Source: a virus (lineage: Duplodnaviria; Caudoviricetes). Taken from it: a DNA stretch of 64,000 nt. Below the pieces are notes generated by a model that saw nothing but the letters and a program-made list of their open reading frames with translations, was not told the DNA's origin and searched no databases. Each line of letters starts with the position of its first letter. Position 1 is the first letter of the stretch. Below, piece by piece: positions 46,403 to 56,439 of the stretch. Where the stretch lies: positions 84,073-148,072 of IMG/VR virus record IMGVR_UViG_3300028914_000061, one strand, 5' to 3'. Both the position numbers and the translations under genes were made by a program.

Positions 46403-46762
46403 TTAATATTCTAAATACTTTTTAGAACTAACGCTTTCTATAAATGTGCCATCACTTTCATAGAAGTCAACTCTATCACTAAGCATGAAAAATCCGCCAA
46501 TAGAAAATTCGTTTTCAAATCCTTTTTCATCTTTAACTAAGACATAGTAATCTTTTCTTTCTATAACAGTGTAAACACTCCTTATATGTTCAATTGGCTT
46601 TACATGGCCACTTATTTCTATTTCCTTTACAACCCTTCCCGGCTGAAATAAGGAAATAACATGCTTTCCAAACTTTTTCGTTTTATAATCCTCAACAGCA
46701 ATTGACCCTAAATATAGGAACGAAACGAGCATAATTAATAAGCCAAATACCAAAGCACTCAT
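46403..46762 (-). CDS. Membrane-anchored protein
   Basis: N-terminal TM. Confidence 0.7.
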   Translation of the reverse strand: MSALVFGLLIMLVSFLYLGSIAVEDYKTKKFGKHVISLFQPGRVVKEIEISGHVKPIEHIRSVYTVIERKDYYVLVKDEKGFENEFSIGGFFMLSDRVDFYESDGTFIESVSSKKYLEY

Positions 46763-47136
46763 TTATTGGTTCCTTCCAATTTTTCAAAAGATTCTTTTAC
46801 CTTTTCAAACAGTTTCTCAATGCGTTCAATGCTTTGATTCATATCAAATGCAGTATCATACAAATCAACAACTTCTGACCTGATGTTATTAATTGAATCG
46901 TCAAGGTCATCAATGTCAGCATATCTCTTGTATTTTTTTTCACCTAAGAGATAAAGAATGGCTTCCCCAAGTTTCTCATCTTCAATATCAAAGATGACAT
47001 AAGCCTCTCTTTTCAATTTCTCATTGTATTCTTTTGCCTTGTCATAGTAATCTTGGATTGTATGACCCTTTTCGGGCTCTAACAAACGTACATATCCAAC
47101 ACGCCCATCTTCTTCATAGTAAACGTAAATTTTCAT
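46759..47136 (-). CDS. Hypothetical protein
   Basis: Tiled ORF. Confidence 0.72.
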   Translation of the reverse strand: MKIYVYYEEDGRVGYVRLLEPEKGHTIQDYYDKAKEYNEKLKREAYVIFDIEDEKLGEAILYLLGEKKYKRYADIDDLDDSINNIRSEVVDLYDTAFDMNQSIERIEKLFEKVKESFEKLEGTNK

Positions 47137-47154
47137 ATTATAAAATTTTATTAA

Positions 47155-47643
47155 TTATTCGCTTAAAAACTTTTCAATAGGATAAGCCCATTTCTTAATT
47201 TTAACTAACTTTCCGTCAGAATCGAATTCAAATATTCTTGCTCCATATATGCAATTGTATTCAAGGCCAGAAATATTAAGGCTTGTATCATAAACACCTC
47301 CGCAATAAGAACACTTACCATTGTGCGTGTGTGCTCCGCATGATGGGCAAATATTATTTGGCTCTAATGTTTTTTCATCATATATACGTGTTACTACATA
47401 CTTTGAATTTTTCCTCATCACTTCTTGCATATCCATCCCTATTGAGAAGTCAGACATGTCAATAAATTCACTGTAATCTTTAATTGTTCTTTCGTCTCTT
47501 TGTTTCCAATAACCAAAAAAAGGCAGAATAACAGTAGGCCAAAACAAAAAAGCACATAAAAGATAGAACTCGAAGAAAAATGCCAAAATCATAAGAATCC
47601 CACAAATTAATGTGGCAATGTAGTATTTACGTGATTTGTTCAT
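47155..47643 (-). CDS. Membrane protein with zinc ribbon
   Basis: 2 TM + CPSCG..CSYCG. Confidence 0.72.
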   Translation of the reverse strand: MNKSRKYYIATLICGILMILAFFFEFYLLCAFLFWPTVILPFFGYWKQRDERTIKDYSEFIDMSDFSIGMDMQEVMRKNSKYVVTRIYDEKTLEPNNICPSCGAHTHNGKCSYCGGVYDTSLNISGLEYNCIYGARIFEFDSDGKLVKIKKWAYPIEKFLSE

Positions 47644-47648
47644 TTTAG

Positions 47649-47918
47649 TTAAAGTTTAATTATGAAATAAGGATAAAACAGCCAAATATATTTTTCTTTT
47701 TCTAAAAGTTCTTTCCATTCATCAGTATCCATAAAGTATCCTGATTTTATTGGAAGATATTCCATTCCCTTTTCATCAACTTTTGTATAGCAGTCATGCC
47801 ATCTTAACATCCACCACTTCTTACCTTGAAGAATCTTTTCCACCTTTACAGAACGATGGTTTCCTTCTATAACTTCAGTACCCTCAATGGGCCTAAACCA
47901 AACTCTTGTTTTACTCAT
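47649..47918 (-). CDS. Hypothetical protein
   Basis: Own promoter. Confidence 0.68.
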   Translation of the reverse strand: MSKTRVWFRPIEGTEVIEGNHRSVKVEKILQGKKWWMLRWHDCYTKVDEKGMEYLPIKSGYFMDTDEWKELLEKEKYIWLFYPYFIIKL

Positions 47919-48111
47919 AACAGTTAATTTTTATTTGTTACATCAAAAATCGTGCCAATTAAGCAAACATTTTGACAAACATTTTTACTTCACCCAATGC
48001 ACATGTTGCCCAAGTTCTTTCCCCCGATGTTAAATCATGGTCATTCTTATAATCGGCAATAGTTGAATCAATCTTATCTAAGATTTGTTGTATAATTTCT
48101 TTATCCATAAT

Positions 48112-48309
48112 TTAAAATATTAATTCCCAATGGTCAGCAATTTCATCTTTTGAAATAAACCAATTACCAATATAGCCATAGTCATTTATTTCGTCATTCT
48201 CAACATAGGCTTTATCATTCTCAATTCTCTCAATAACAACAATATCCTTTGTTGCTGTGTTTTTGAGCATGGAGCCTTTTGTTATTGTATTTCCTTTGCG
48301 GTCTTTCAT
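48112..48309 (-). CDS. Hypothetical protein
   Basis: Tiled ORF. Confidence 0.62.
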   Translation of the reverse strand: MKDRKGNTITKGSMLKNTATKDIVVIERIENDKAYVENDEINDYGYIGNWFISKDEIADHWELIF

Positions 48310-48614
48310 TCTTCTGTTGGTTCAATGTACTCTATATTATATTCTTCACAAGTCTCTTCAAATGTTTTTTTCTCTCTGTCCATGCTTGGCCAGTAGTCAC
48401 AATATTCAATACCTCTTGCTCCGAAAGAATAGTGCTTGTACTCAGGACTTCCTTCATTAAGAACCTTACCAAAGCATATATCAGTGGTAATAATTGGTTC
48501 TTCATCATGATGGAACTTGTTGAAATTATATGTAACAAAGCATACAACACGTATTCCTTTGTCTAATAATTCTCTTAAATGTGTAAAATCTTTACTTGTT
48601 TTGTATCCTTTCAT
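48306..48614 (-). CDS. Hypothetical protein
   Basis: Tiled ORF. Confidence 0.7.
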   Translation of the reverse strand: MKGYKTSKDFTHLRELLDKGIRVVCFVTYNFNKFHHDEEPIITTDICFGKVLNEGSPEYKHYSFGARGIEYCDYWPSMDREKKTFEETCEEYNIEYIEPTEE

Positions 48615-48621
48615 GATATAT

Positions 48622-49749
48622 TTAATTTTTATTATTATTTGAGCACATCCAAGTCACATTTCTTGCTTCAAATGCCAATGGTAGAACTAATTTACCAATC
48701 ATTTTATCAATAACTTCTTGAGGTACAACATCTTCTCTGTCTTTATTCTGCTTTGATAATTTGTCATAAGCGCTTTCAACATACATTATGTGTACATTGG
48801 CATTATAACTTTCAAACAAACTAATAAGTTGTTCTCTCATTTGTGGAGTTAAGTTTGTCGCATTCCATACAAATGATTGGTGCTTACGAAGATATTCTTT
48901 TGCCATTTCACGACCAGCATTGGCAACAGCGCCTTGATTGTCAGTAGGTGAAATCTTTTTCTCTTTACGAATTTCATCAAGAGAAATCATTGGTATATCG
49001 CAAAGTTCTTTCTTAATTGTATAATCTTTCCCAACGCCAGGCAAGCCACTCATCATATAAACAGTTCCCCAAGTGTCATCATACAATTCTGAATCTTTCC
49101 AAACATTATTCTTTGAAAGAAACACTCTTCTTGTCTTGTCTGAAGGAAATGGATAGCATGATTCATAGCAACCCTCTTCTTTTGCTAATTCCTCACATAA
49201 AGAAACTTCATATAAAGATTGTGCTTGGTCTTCGCATATTCTTCCAAGAATGTCAGATTTTGAAAGAATACAAAGCATTTTAATTGAAAATTCAGGCATT
49301 AAAAGACTATTAGATGCTATTTCGTGCATCTTCAAAACACCAACTTTTTCATTAAATGCATGTGTTGGAAATGAATGGTATCTTATTAACGTGCATATTG
49401 TTTCCCTCATTTCCATAAGTTCTTTAGTACCACCAATATTCAAATCCTTGAATAACAGTTCACGGGCAATTCTACTACCTTTTAATGCATGGTATGGAGA
49501 ATGCCAGTCACCATCCTCGAATACAGTTGTACTTATCTTACCAATATCATGAAGAAGTGCAGCAGCATATAATATATCCTGCTGTTTTTCAGTGAGTTTC
49601 GCATACTCAGGTAATTGCTTTAAGGCATCGCATACCATCATAGTATGGGCATAGACATCACCTTCGCCATGGAATTTTGGCGACTGTGGTGTTTGCTTCA
49701 TTTGCTCACCGAACTTTTCAGTCATTATATTGTATAAGTCTTGTATCAT
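48622..49749 (-). CDS. HD-domain phosphohydrolase fused to a P-loop (AAA_33/PNK-like) kinase
   Basis: HGEGDVYAHT...AALLHDIGK; GLPGVGKD; WNATN. Confidence 0.88.
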   Translation of the reverse strand: MIQDLYNIMTEKFGEQMKQTPQSPKFHGEGDVYAHTMMVCDALKQLPEYAKLTEKQQDILYAAALLHDIGKISTTVFEDGDWHSPYHALKGSRIARELLFKDLNIGGTKELMEMRETICTLIRYHSFPTHAFNEKVGVLKMHEIASNSLLMPEFSIKMLCILSKSDILGRICEDQAQSLYEVSLCEELAKEEGCYESCYPFPSDKTRRVFLSKNNVWKDSELYDDTWGTVYMMSGLPGVGKDYTIKKELCDIPMISLDEIRKEKKISPTDNQGAVANAGREMAKEYLRKHQSFVWNATNLTPQMREQLISLFESYNANVHIMYVESAYDKLSKQNKDREDVVPQEVIDKMIGKLVLPLAFEARNVTWMCSNNNKN

Positions 49750-49876
49750 AATATTCTTTACAAGGTCTTTTTCTTGCTGTTATTCGTCTTTTTAGAAACG
49801 TGCAATACATGAATCCATTACTTGTTTCATAATTTATGCAAAAGCTACAATGTTTATCGTCTTCAATATCTTCCAT
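49718..49876 (-). CDS. Small Cys-rich protein, predicted leaderless
   Basis: ATG falls at the predicted +1 of promoter 49902. Confidence 0.6.
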   Translation of the reverse strand: MEDIEDDKHCSFCINYETSNGFMYCTFLKRRITARKRPCKEYYDTRLIQYND

Positions 49877-49944
49877 GGTGAAAATATACAAAAATCGTGC
49901 CAATAAAACAAAAAAATCAGCCTTTATCAGACTGATTTTCTTTT

Positions 49945-50283
49945 TTATATCAATTCTCCCGAAACATTTATTTCGTCATTTAATAGGAAATCAACATATT
50001 CTTCATATGTCATAACTTCGTTAAACGCTTCTGGCATCTCTATATCTTCTTTCTTTATGCCCATATACTCCATACATTGTCTTGGAGTTATCTTTCCAGT
50101 CTCAGCATCTAAATGATGTTCTGCGCAAAGAGCAGCACCATTTGACATTCTGTAACCGTAATCTTTCCAAAGGTGACGGTCTAATATATGGTGAGCATCT
50201 ACTGCGTCACAGTTGCATCCAGGAACGCAACACTTTCCTTTAGTAACAGCAAAAACAGCAGATTTGAATTCTTGACGTGTCAT
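49945..50283 (-). CDS. HNH endonuclease-like protein
   Basis: CCVPGC...DAHHI...NGAALCAEHH. Confidence 0.75.
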   Translation of the reverse strand: MTRQEFKSAVFAVTKGKCCVPGCNCDAVDAHHILDRHLWKDYGYRMSNGAALCAEHHLDAETGKITPRQCMEYMGIKKEDIEMPEAFNEVMTYEEYVDFLLNDEINVSGELI

Positions 50284-50801
50284 AATCTTATTCTAAACTT
50301 GTTAATAATAAAAATTGCTTCATCATAATAATCACTGTTCTCGAACCCTTCAATACATTCCAAATCATGCATAACATCAATCATAAACCCACGAGGTCCC
50401 CATGTAGTAAAATCAAGCCAAGCACGTTCTCTTTCACAAAAATCATTTTCTATTTCTTGAAAGTTTTTAAGTTCTTTTTTAGCCTGTTCAGAGACTTCAA
50501 GTAAACTTGAATATGCTGAGGTTAATGGTTTTATTGAGTTTGGCAATAAAGAACTCTCAGCCAATTCTTTAAATTTAATATATTCTTCTTTTTTTTGAGG
50601 TATAATTGTTTCTAAAATGAATTTTAATTGGTATATTGCTTCTTCCGTATTAGCAACATTTGTTGAGTGTTTGTTGTAGCCACGTATTCTATTATATTTG
50701 CTACATATTACATCAGTGTCTTTCTGCTTTGTTGTCCAAACTATGTCATATTTCCAAGGTTCATCTGTTTTTAATTCCTCTAAACTAAAACTACTATACA
50801 T
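50280..50801 (-). CDS. Hypothetical protein
   Basis: Tiled ORF. Confidence 0.72.
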   Translation of the reverse strand: MYSSFSLEELKTDEPWKYDIVWTTKQKDTDVICSKYNRIRGYNKHSTNVANTEEAIYQLKFILETIIPQKKEEYIKFKELAESSLLPNSIKPLTSAYSSLLEVSEQAKKELKNFQEIENDFCERERAWLDFTTWGPRGFMIDVMHDLECIEGFENSDYYDEAIFIINKFRIRL

Positions 50802-50811
50802 TTACATATTA

Positions 50812-51108
50812 TTAAATCTTATTATCTCGGTTTTTACCAACATGGTATCCATTGCAGAACAAACACTTGTAATAACTGAAATGAGTGCCATATTTCTCAC
50901 TCATTGCCTCAGCAGACTTTTTTGCTGTTTTTTCTGTATTATACATTACTTTTGGCTTGCCTGTATGTTGGTTTACATGGGAATTAATACTAAATGCTGC
51001 CCATGCATTACCTGTAATGAAAAAGTTCCTGAACCAAGTCTTTCTCTTGAATTGGTCCCGAAACCATAAAATCAAATTTTCAATTGTTATTTCTGGTTGT
51101 TTTTCCAT
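50812..51108 (-). CDS. Hypothetical protein, CxxC..H motif
   Basis: YKCLFCNGYHVG. Confidence 0.7.
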   Translation of the reverse strand: MEKQPEITIENLILWFRDQFKRKTWFRNFFITGNAWAAFSINSHVNQHTGKPKVMYNTEKTAKKSAEAMSEKYGTHFSYYKCLFCNGYHVGKNRDNKI

Positions 51109-51109
51109 A

Positions 51110-51508
51110 CTATTCTCCTTTGTAATATTTCAATGATTCTAATTCAATAGTCTCTCTTGAGAAAGCAATAGTTGTGCTTCCATCAAGAACTCCACACATC
51201 CACCTACCATTTTTCCATTCATTAAGCATTTGGTAAATACCACTTAGGCCACAACGAATTGTAACATAAAAACCATCTTTATCAGGTTTCACATTACCAT
51301 TATTTGTAGGCTTGAAGTCATGTTCAAATTGGAAAATCTTCTTATTGTAAGAATCCATTTCCTTACGTACTTCCTCTAAATGTTTATCCTTTGATAATTT
51401 AGGACCTTGATTATCAGGATTATATGGACAAGTATCAGGGTTATAATTATAGCCTTCCTGTGGCATAGGACAATGATATTCGTGGAAACAATCTCTACAT
51501 TCTTTCAT
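51110..51508 (-). CDS. Hypothetical protein
   Basis: Tiled ORF. Confidence 0.7.
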   Translation of the reverse strand: MKECRDCFHEYHCPMPQEGYNYNPDTCPYNPDNQGPKLSKDKHLEEVRKEMDSYNKKIFQFEHDFKPTNNGNVKPDKDGFYVTIRCGLSGIYQMLNEWKNGRWMCGVLDGSTTIAFSRETIELESLKYYKGE

Positions 51509-51519
51509 AATTATTCTTT

Positions 51520-51765
51520 TTAAATTAATTTCAATATTTGGTCTTCACTCAGTAATACATTGCTAATAACAACAGCCTGAGTCTCAACTGTTGAGTTTTC
51601 TTCAACCCAGTTAGGATGCATTTGTCCCAATGGAGTTTTTCTTAGATAATCCTTATAGATTTCCAAGGCTCTTTCTGGTGTCGGGAAGTGTTCTTCTGTT
51701 TGGATGAGCATAGGGCCCCATTCGGGGTTATTGCATCTGTAAAGTATTAAAGTAGTATTAATCAT
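51520..51765 (-). CDS. Hypothetical protein
   Basis: Tiled ORF. Confidence 0.65.
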   Translation of the reverse strand: MINTTLILYRCNNPEWGPMLIQTEEHFPTPERALEIYKDYLRKTPLGQMHPNWVEENSTVETQAVVISNVLLSEDQILKLI

Positions 51766-51767
51766 AA

Positions 51768-52316
51768 TTAGTATTCTTTGATTTCAAAATTCCAACCAGG
51801 GAAACGTGCCGAAACAACTTTCTTAGCAATTTCAATCACTTCTTTAGGTGTATAGAAAGCATTAACCATATCGCCAGGGCGATAAAACTCCCATCTATGT
51901 GGGTCGCTGTCAATATCTTCCTGTGTCAATTCACGAAGAATCTCAAAATCATATCTTGAATTATAAAAAGCATTGTTTTCCATGTTCTTATATTCCTCGC
52001 AAATATATCCACCGTGAATAGTTGTCCGTGGCTTACCTGTTCTTTCGTCAATGGTATCTTCAGCAATGTCAATACCATCTGCTTTGAGTTTTCCATACCA
52101 ATGGATTGCGCCCGCACAATATCCCGCATAGGAATCAACTTCAAGCGTCACTGTTCGTTTTCCACTCTCATGATACGTTGAAATTTTAGGGTAATACTCA
52201 GGTTTTGTTTCGAGTTTTAAATCCATTCCGAAATCCAAAGGGATTACATCCGGAAATTTACCTCTTCCATATCCATCGTACCTTGAGTGCTTTACTGCAT
52301 ATTCTAAGTCTGTCAT
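51768..52316 (-). CDS. Hypothetical protein
   Basis: Own promoter. Confidence 0.75.
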   Translation of the reverse strand: MTDLEYAVKHSRYDGYGRGKFPDVIPLDFGMDLKLETKPEYYPKISTYHESGKRTVTLEVDSYAGYCAGAIHWYGKLKADGIDIAEDTIDERTGKPRTTIHGGYICEEYKNMENNAFYNSRYDFEILRELTQEDIDSDPHRWEFYRPGDMVNAFYTPKEVIEIAKKVVSARFPGWNFEIKEY

Positions 52317-52366
52317 AATATAAAGTTTTAAAATTTACAATTCATAAATCAAAAATCGTGCCAAAC

Positions 52367-52711
52367 TTATTGTTCACCAAATCTTTTTTTGAAATCTATT
52401 TGATTTTCAAGTATGTCTTTTTCTTCGACAAGATAGCCACCGTCCCAATCAACACAACATATGTTAAAAGGATTTTCACAGGCCATAATCTTTTCGCAAA
52501 GTTCCTTCTTCAATTGTTCTATTTTTTCCTTATTGAATACAATGTCTTTAATATCATCTTCAACCCTTAAATGACTTTCAAACTGGCTCATACCAACATC
52601 TTCGTATTTCTTTGTGAAATCAAAATTGGTATATACAGGCAACCTCAAATAATCCAAATCTGAATTTAATGACACTGCGTATTGAAATACATGTTCAACT
52701 TCTACTTTCAT
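52367..52711 (-). CDS. Hypothetical protein
   Basis: ATGA overlap. Confidence 0.7.
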   Translation of the reverse strand: MKVEVEHVFQYAVSLNSDLDYLRLPVYTNFDFTKKYEDVGMSQFESHLRVEDDIKDIVFNKEKIEQLKKELCEKIMACENPFNICCVDWDGGYLVEEKDILENQIDFKKRFGEQ

Positions 52712-53211
52712 AGTTCTCCAATTAAATTTATAGTATCAAGAATTATTTCTGTTATTTTATCAACATCATCAACATAATACAACGGTATTTCATAAGCCTG
52801 TGCAATATACTTTACATTTGTAAGCCTATAAAATTCTTCAGCGCAACATAAAATTATTTTGTTATCATCACAAAATTGGCCTAATTCCAAAAGACTAATT
52901 GGAGATTTTGAGCCTTTTTTAAGTACCATCAATATAATGTCACATTCATTCAAGTACTTTTGTTCCCATTTGATTTGTTCAAACATCTGTTCTTCATCAG
53001 CATCAGGGTCCCATTTATCACGTCTCGGATTATATATGGTTAAATTTGGTAGATTGCAATTTGATAAATTATCAATCACCCCTTGTTGCCAATTATATGA
53101 TTCCCCATTATCAATAGTACCTGCCAAGAATATTGAAAGGTCATTTTTGTTTGATATGTCATACTTTTTAGGTTCTACTTGTATTTCCTTATCAGGAGTT
53201 AATATTCTCAT
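52708..53211 (-). CDS. Nucleoside 2-deoxyribosyltransferase-like protein
   Basis: IFLAGTI..WQ..YNPRR..QIKWE..SPISLLELG. Confidence 0.82.
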   Translation of the reverse strand: MRILTPDKEIQVEPKKYDISNKNDLSIFLAGTIDNGESYNWQQGVIDNLSNCNLPNLTIYNPRRDKWDPDADEEQMFEQIKWEQKYLNECDIILMVLKKGSKSPISLLELGQFCDDNKIILCCAEEFYRLTNVKYIAQAYEIPLYYVDDVDKITEIILDTINLIGEL

Positions 53212-53213
53212 GG

Positions 53214-53603
53214 TTAAATGTTTTTATAAATGAAAAACACACGATATTGGCCAGGCTGGTCAATATGCCTTTTCTCATATGTTATTTTCATGTCAACAAC
53301 TTCAATATCTTCTCTGTTATATGTTTCTTCGATATATCTTGTTAGCCTATCTGAAAAATAGCTTCCACTATCATCTTCGCCAAAAAAGCATGTATCGCAA
53401 TGGTAATGATTTTTATTTTTCTCTATAACTTTTTTCTTATACCATTCAGCACCAAATTGTGCCATTGTTTTTGGCATGGCCATACCCGTTGAATCAATAG
53501 CCCATCTTCCAAAACCACCATATTCTGTCTGTGCATTCAAAAAGAACTCAGCAGCATCTTTGTCTAATTCTCTACATTCTTCAGTTGTCAATTCAGTGTT
53601 CAT
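53214..53603 (-). CDS. Hypothetical protein
   Basis: Tiled ORF. Confidence 0.7.
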   Translation of the reverse strand: MNTELTTEECRELDKDAAEFFLNAQTEYGGFGRWAIDSTGMAMPKTMAQFGAEWYKKKVIEKNKNHYHCDTCFFGEDDSGSYFSDRLTRYIEETYNREDIEVVDMKITYEKRHIDQPGQYRVFFIYKNI

Positions 53604-53779
53604 AATTCCAAATCAATTAATGGCATATTCATACTTTCCCTTGCAATATTAGCGGCCTCCACATAAGTACTGATACACTCACGTAAATACTCATTATCTC
53701 TTTTTGCCCTTTCATAATCCATAAGGCCATATGCAAGCAACGTACTAATTATGTCTTTTATTTTTTCTTCCCTTGTCAT
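53600..53779 (-). CDS. Hypothetical protein
   Basis: ATGA overlaps. Confidence 0.6.
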   Translation of the reverse strand: MTREEKIKDIISTLLAYGLMDYERAKRDNEYLRECISTYVEAANIARESMNMPLIDLEL

Positions 53780-54171
53780 ATCAAATTCAATAAGCAATAT
53801 TTTATTCCTGTTTCACACGCATCTTCATAGGATAATCCTGGGTAATCAAAGCCCAACGCCTTTTGTTCCAACTCTTCATCAGGGTTTGAATCAATTGGAA
53901 CAACACGGCCCCACCATACACCTTTGTCTGAGAACCAAACAGACTCAACAGATAGCTTATGGGTCTCTCTGAGCCATCGCATAGCCATCTGTTGTGTCGG
54001 GGCAGCATATTCACTATTATCCAAGTCTATGTTGCCTAAAGGAAAGTTGTAACTGCGCAAGTCCAAATATCCGTCATCGAATATATGGTATGCCCAATAT
54101 GTTGGCTCTGTAAAGCCTTTTTTTCTTAATAGTTTAGCAGTTTCAAACGAAACATATGCTTCTTCAGTCAT
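53776..54171 (-). CDS. ETAKLLKEKGF-family protein
   Basis: YVSFETAKLL..KGF; PTQQMAMRWLRE; IKYCL. Confidence 0.78.
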   Translation of the reverse strand: MTEEAYVSFETAKLLRKKGFTEPTYWAYHIFDDGYLDLRSYNFPLGNIDLDNSEYAAPTQQMAMRWLRETHKLSVESVWFSDKGVWWGRVVPIDSNPDEELEQKALGFDYPGLSYEDACETGIKYCLLNLI

Positions 54172-54178
54172 TTAATTT

Positions 54179-54631
54179 TTATTCAATTCTCTTATTTTTC
54201 ACTCGCATATGCAAAGTACTGAAATCACCATCCATGATAAGTGAACCGTACTTGAATGAATCAGTAATATCCTGTCCAACAGACAATCTATTATAAAAGT
54301 CTTTGTTCACAGGAATCTCAACCTCAATGGCATTCATGGAATTCTTGATATGCTCAAATGGGTCAAGCGTAAATGTACCTTGTTTGATTTCAAACTTAAC
54401 AATGTAAACAGGCTCCCTTCCATTCCTTAAAGCGGTTTTCTCACGCTCAAGTTGTGCAACGTCAGTGGAAAGTGTGCTTTTACGGCTTTGAAGTCTTGAA
54501 ATTTCAGAAGTAAGAGAACTCTTTTGGGCCTCAAGGCTTCTGCATTCGTCACGTAATTGTTTTTGGTCTTCGCTTGTGTAACATCCAGTCATCACGATAG
54601 CGGTAATAAGAATAAGGAAAAGTTTTTTCAT
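54179..54631 (-). CDS. Putative lipoprotein with coiled coil
   Basis: MKK..MTGC lipobox; heptad stretch; own promoter. Confidence 0.75.
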   Translation of the reverse strand: MKKLFLILITAIVMTGCYTSEDQKQLRDECRSLEAQKSSLTSEISRLQSRKSTLSTDVAQLEREKTALRNGREPVYIVKFEIKQGTFTLDPFEHIKNSMNAIEVEIPVNKDFYNRLSVGQDITDSFKYGSLIMDGDFSTLHMRVKNKRIE

Positions 54632-54684
54632 TGTATTAAAATTTTAAGTTCTATCAAACTATAACAAATATCGTGCCAAACTTT

Positions 54685-55140
54685 TTATTTAAACAAATTT
54701 TCTAAACAATATTTTATGCCTTCATCTGTGGCTTCTTCATAAGTATTATAATTAACAGTCAATGGGGTATCGCCCGTCCAAACCAAACTTGTGTCTTCAT
54801 CACCGGATAAATGCCACTCACCATCAGTCTTTTTGAATATTTCAATATAAAACTTATCATCGTAATCAAGTGGCTTTGCCAGAACAACTATATTGTGCCG
54901 TTCTCTTAGCCATTTCAGGGCCAAATCATGTGTTGGAGCTGAATAGCATTCAGAAAGTAATTCACTATTTGAAACATAACTTTCAATTAAATTAGGCTTT
55001 CCTTCTTCGTATAAAAATTCAGTTTTTACATTAAATCCTTTTTCTTTTAACAATTTTGCTGTTTCTACTGTAACATAAGATTCTTGTAATGAATCAGATG
55101 TATCTTCATAACATTGTGATTGCAAGTTTTCTACATTCAT
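54685..55140 (-). CDS. ETAKLLKEKGF-family protein
   Basis: Same motifs. Confidence 0.78.
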   Translation of the reverse strand: MNVENLQSQCYEDTSDSLQESYVTVETAKLLKEKGFNVKTEFLYEEGKPNLIESYVSNSELLSECYSAPTHDLALKWLRERHNIVVLAKPLDYDDKFYIEIFKKTDGEWHLSGDEDTSLVWTGDTPLTVNYNTYEEATDEGIKYCLENLFK

Positions 55141-55847
55141 GGTATTAATTCTTCAAGGCAATAATTGATTGCATTCGAACAAGCAATTTCGTATGAATCA
55201 TTATTCATAATTGTTTTTACAAGTTCAGTATTATACTTTCCAATTTTTAAAATTTTGCAAAGCCATCTTTGCCCGTCTTCACAGTAATAAATCTCAGGCT
55301 GTAAATTTATTTTGTATGCTTCTCTAATCCACTTCATCGCCATTTGTTGAGTCGGGCAAGTACAAGACATATCGCTTCTAAGACGTGAGTTATGCCATTC
55401 TCTGCATTTTTCATTACTCATATAGCCTTCGCTCGGTTTGCAAAAAAACATTTCGCATGGTCCATCAAACCCTTTTTCTTTTAAAAGGTTTGCTGTGTAA
55501 TATGTTACATATTCATCATTTATGTAAATGCGTTTACGTTCTTCCAAACGTTGAAGCCTTTCAATTTCAGCAACAATCAAAGCACCTGCTTTAACAAGTT
55601 CTCTAATCCTATTGTCTTTACTTGGCTTCCAAAATTTATCATCAAATGGCCATGTTGGTGGTACTGGCAATAATGGCTCAGGACACATTTCAGTAAGTGC
55701 TTCTCTACAATTATTATCCATGGCATATGTTGCGGCAGCATTAGCCAACTCATTATCTATATGTTGGTCATCATGTTCTTCACTCCAACCTTCAACTTTT
55801 TTTTGCCTTTCTCTTTCATCGGCAATCATTTCAATAGCTTTCTTCAT
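55137..55847 (-). CDS. Fusion: N-terminal ERERQ..EGW..EHDD helical domain + ETAKLL-family domain
   Basis: IADERERQ..HDD..ELVKAGALIVAEIER; TANLLKEKGF..PTQQMAMKW. Confidence 0.78.
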   Translation of the reverse strand: MKKAIEMIADERERQKKVEGWSEEHDDQHIDNELANAAATYAMDNNCREALTEMCPEPLLPVPPTWPFDDKFWKPSKDNRIRELVKAGALIVAEIERLQRLEERKRIYINDEYVTYYTANLLKEKGFDGPCEMFFCKPSEGYMSNEKCREWHNSRLRSDMSCTCPTQQMAMKWIREAYKINLQPEIYYCEDGQRWLCKILKIGKYNTELVKTIMNNDSYEIACSNAINYCLEELIP

Positions 55848-55908
55848 ATTAGTGTACAATTTTATAGATTATACAAAATATTCTAATTAAAAACAAAAAA
55901 AGCACTGA

Positions 55909-56439
55909 TTAATCAGTGCCTTTCTTTATCATTCTTTCATATTTTCGGCCTTCATCGAAGCACATTCGCCCAGTTTTTTCTTCAGGTGCTGTATATGCAT
56001 ACCAATAATCATAGTATTCATCAGCGTCCGGAAAATCCTCAATGTCTTCACATATCTTCTTCATGGCTAAATTTGTGAGCCTTTCTGTATATGTATCTAT
56101 AAAAAGTTCTTTTCTTATAGATGACATTTGTCCGTTTTCATTAATTGCTGAAATCATTTCTTCAATTAAAGCACGGATTTCTCCTGGTGCTTCATGCTCA
56201 TCAGTTACAATAATCAAATCATTGGCATCAAATCCACATGCATGGCAGTGTCCATCGTTATCGTACCAAACAGGCTCTTCACCTCGGCCTTCCCTCATTT
56301 CCACAAGTGCCACTATTGGCGCAAGGCCATTACTGTCCCATTTAACAATTTCAACAGGTTTTCCGTCTTTTGTTTCTAAGTGATATTGTTTATCTTCAAT
56401 CTCACTTCTGTATTTTAAATCAAATGGTATCCTCTTCAT
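55909..56439 (-). CDS. Hypothetical phage protein
   Basis: 176-aa ORF. Confidence 0.75.
   Translation of the reverse strand: MKRIPFDLKYRSEIEDKQYHLETKDGKPVEIVKWDSNGLAPIVALVEMREGRGEEPVWYDNDGHCHACGFDANDLIIVTDEHEAPGEIRALIEEMISAINENGQMSSIRKELFIDTYTERLTNLAMKKICEDIEDFPDADEYYDYWYAYTAPEEKTGRMCFDEGRKYERMIKKGTD

Noticed and set aside
49945-50283. HNH gene as an intron-borne homing element
   Set aside because: Free-standing, with no interrupted host gene or intron structure visible.
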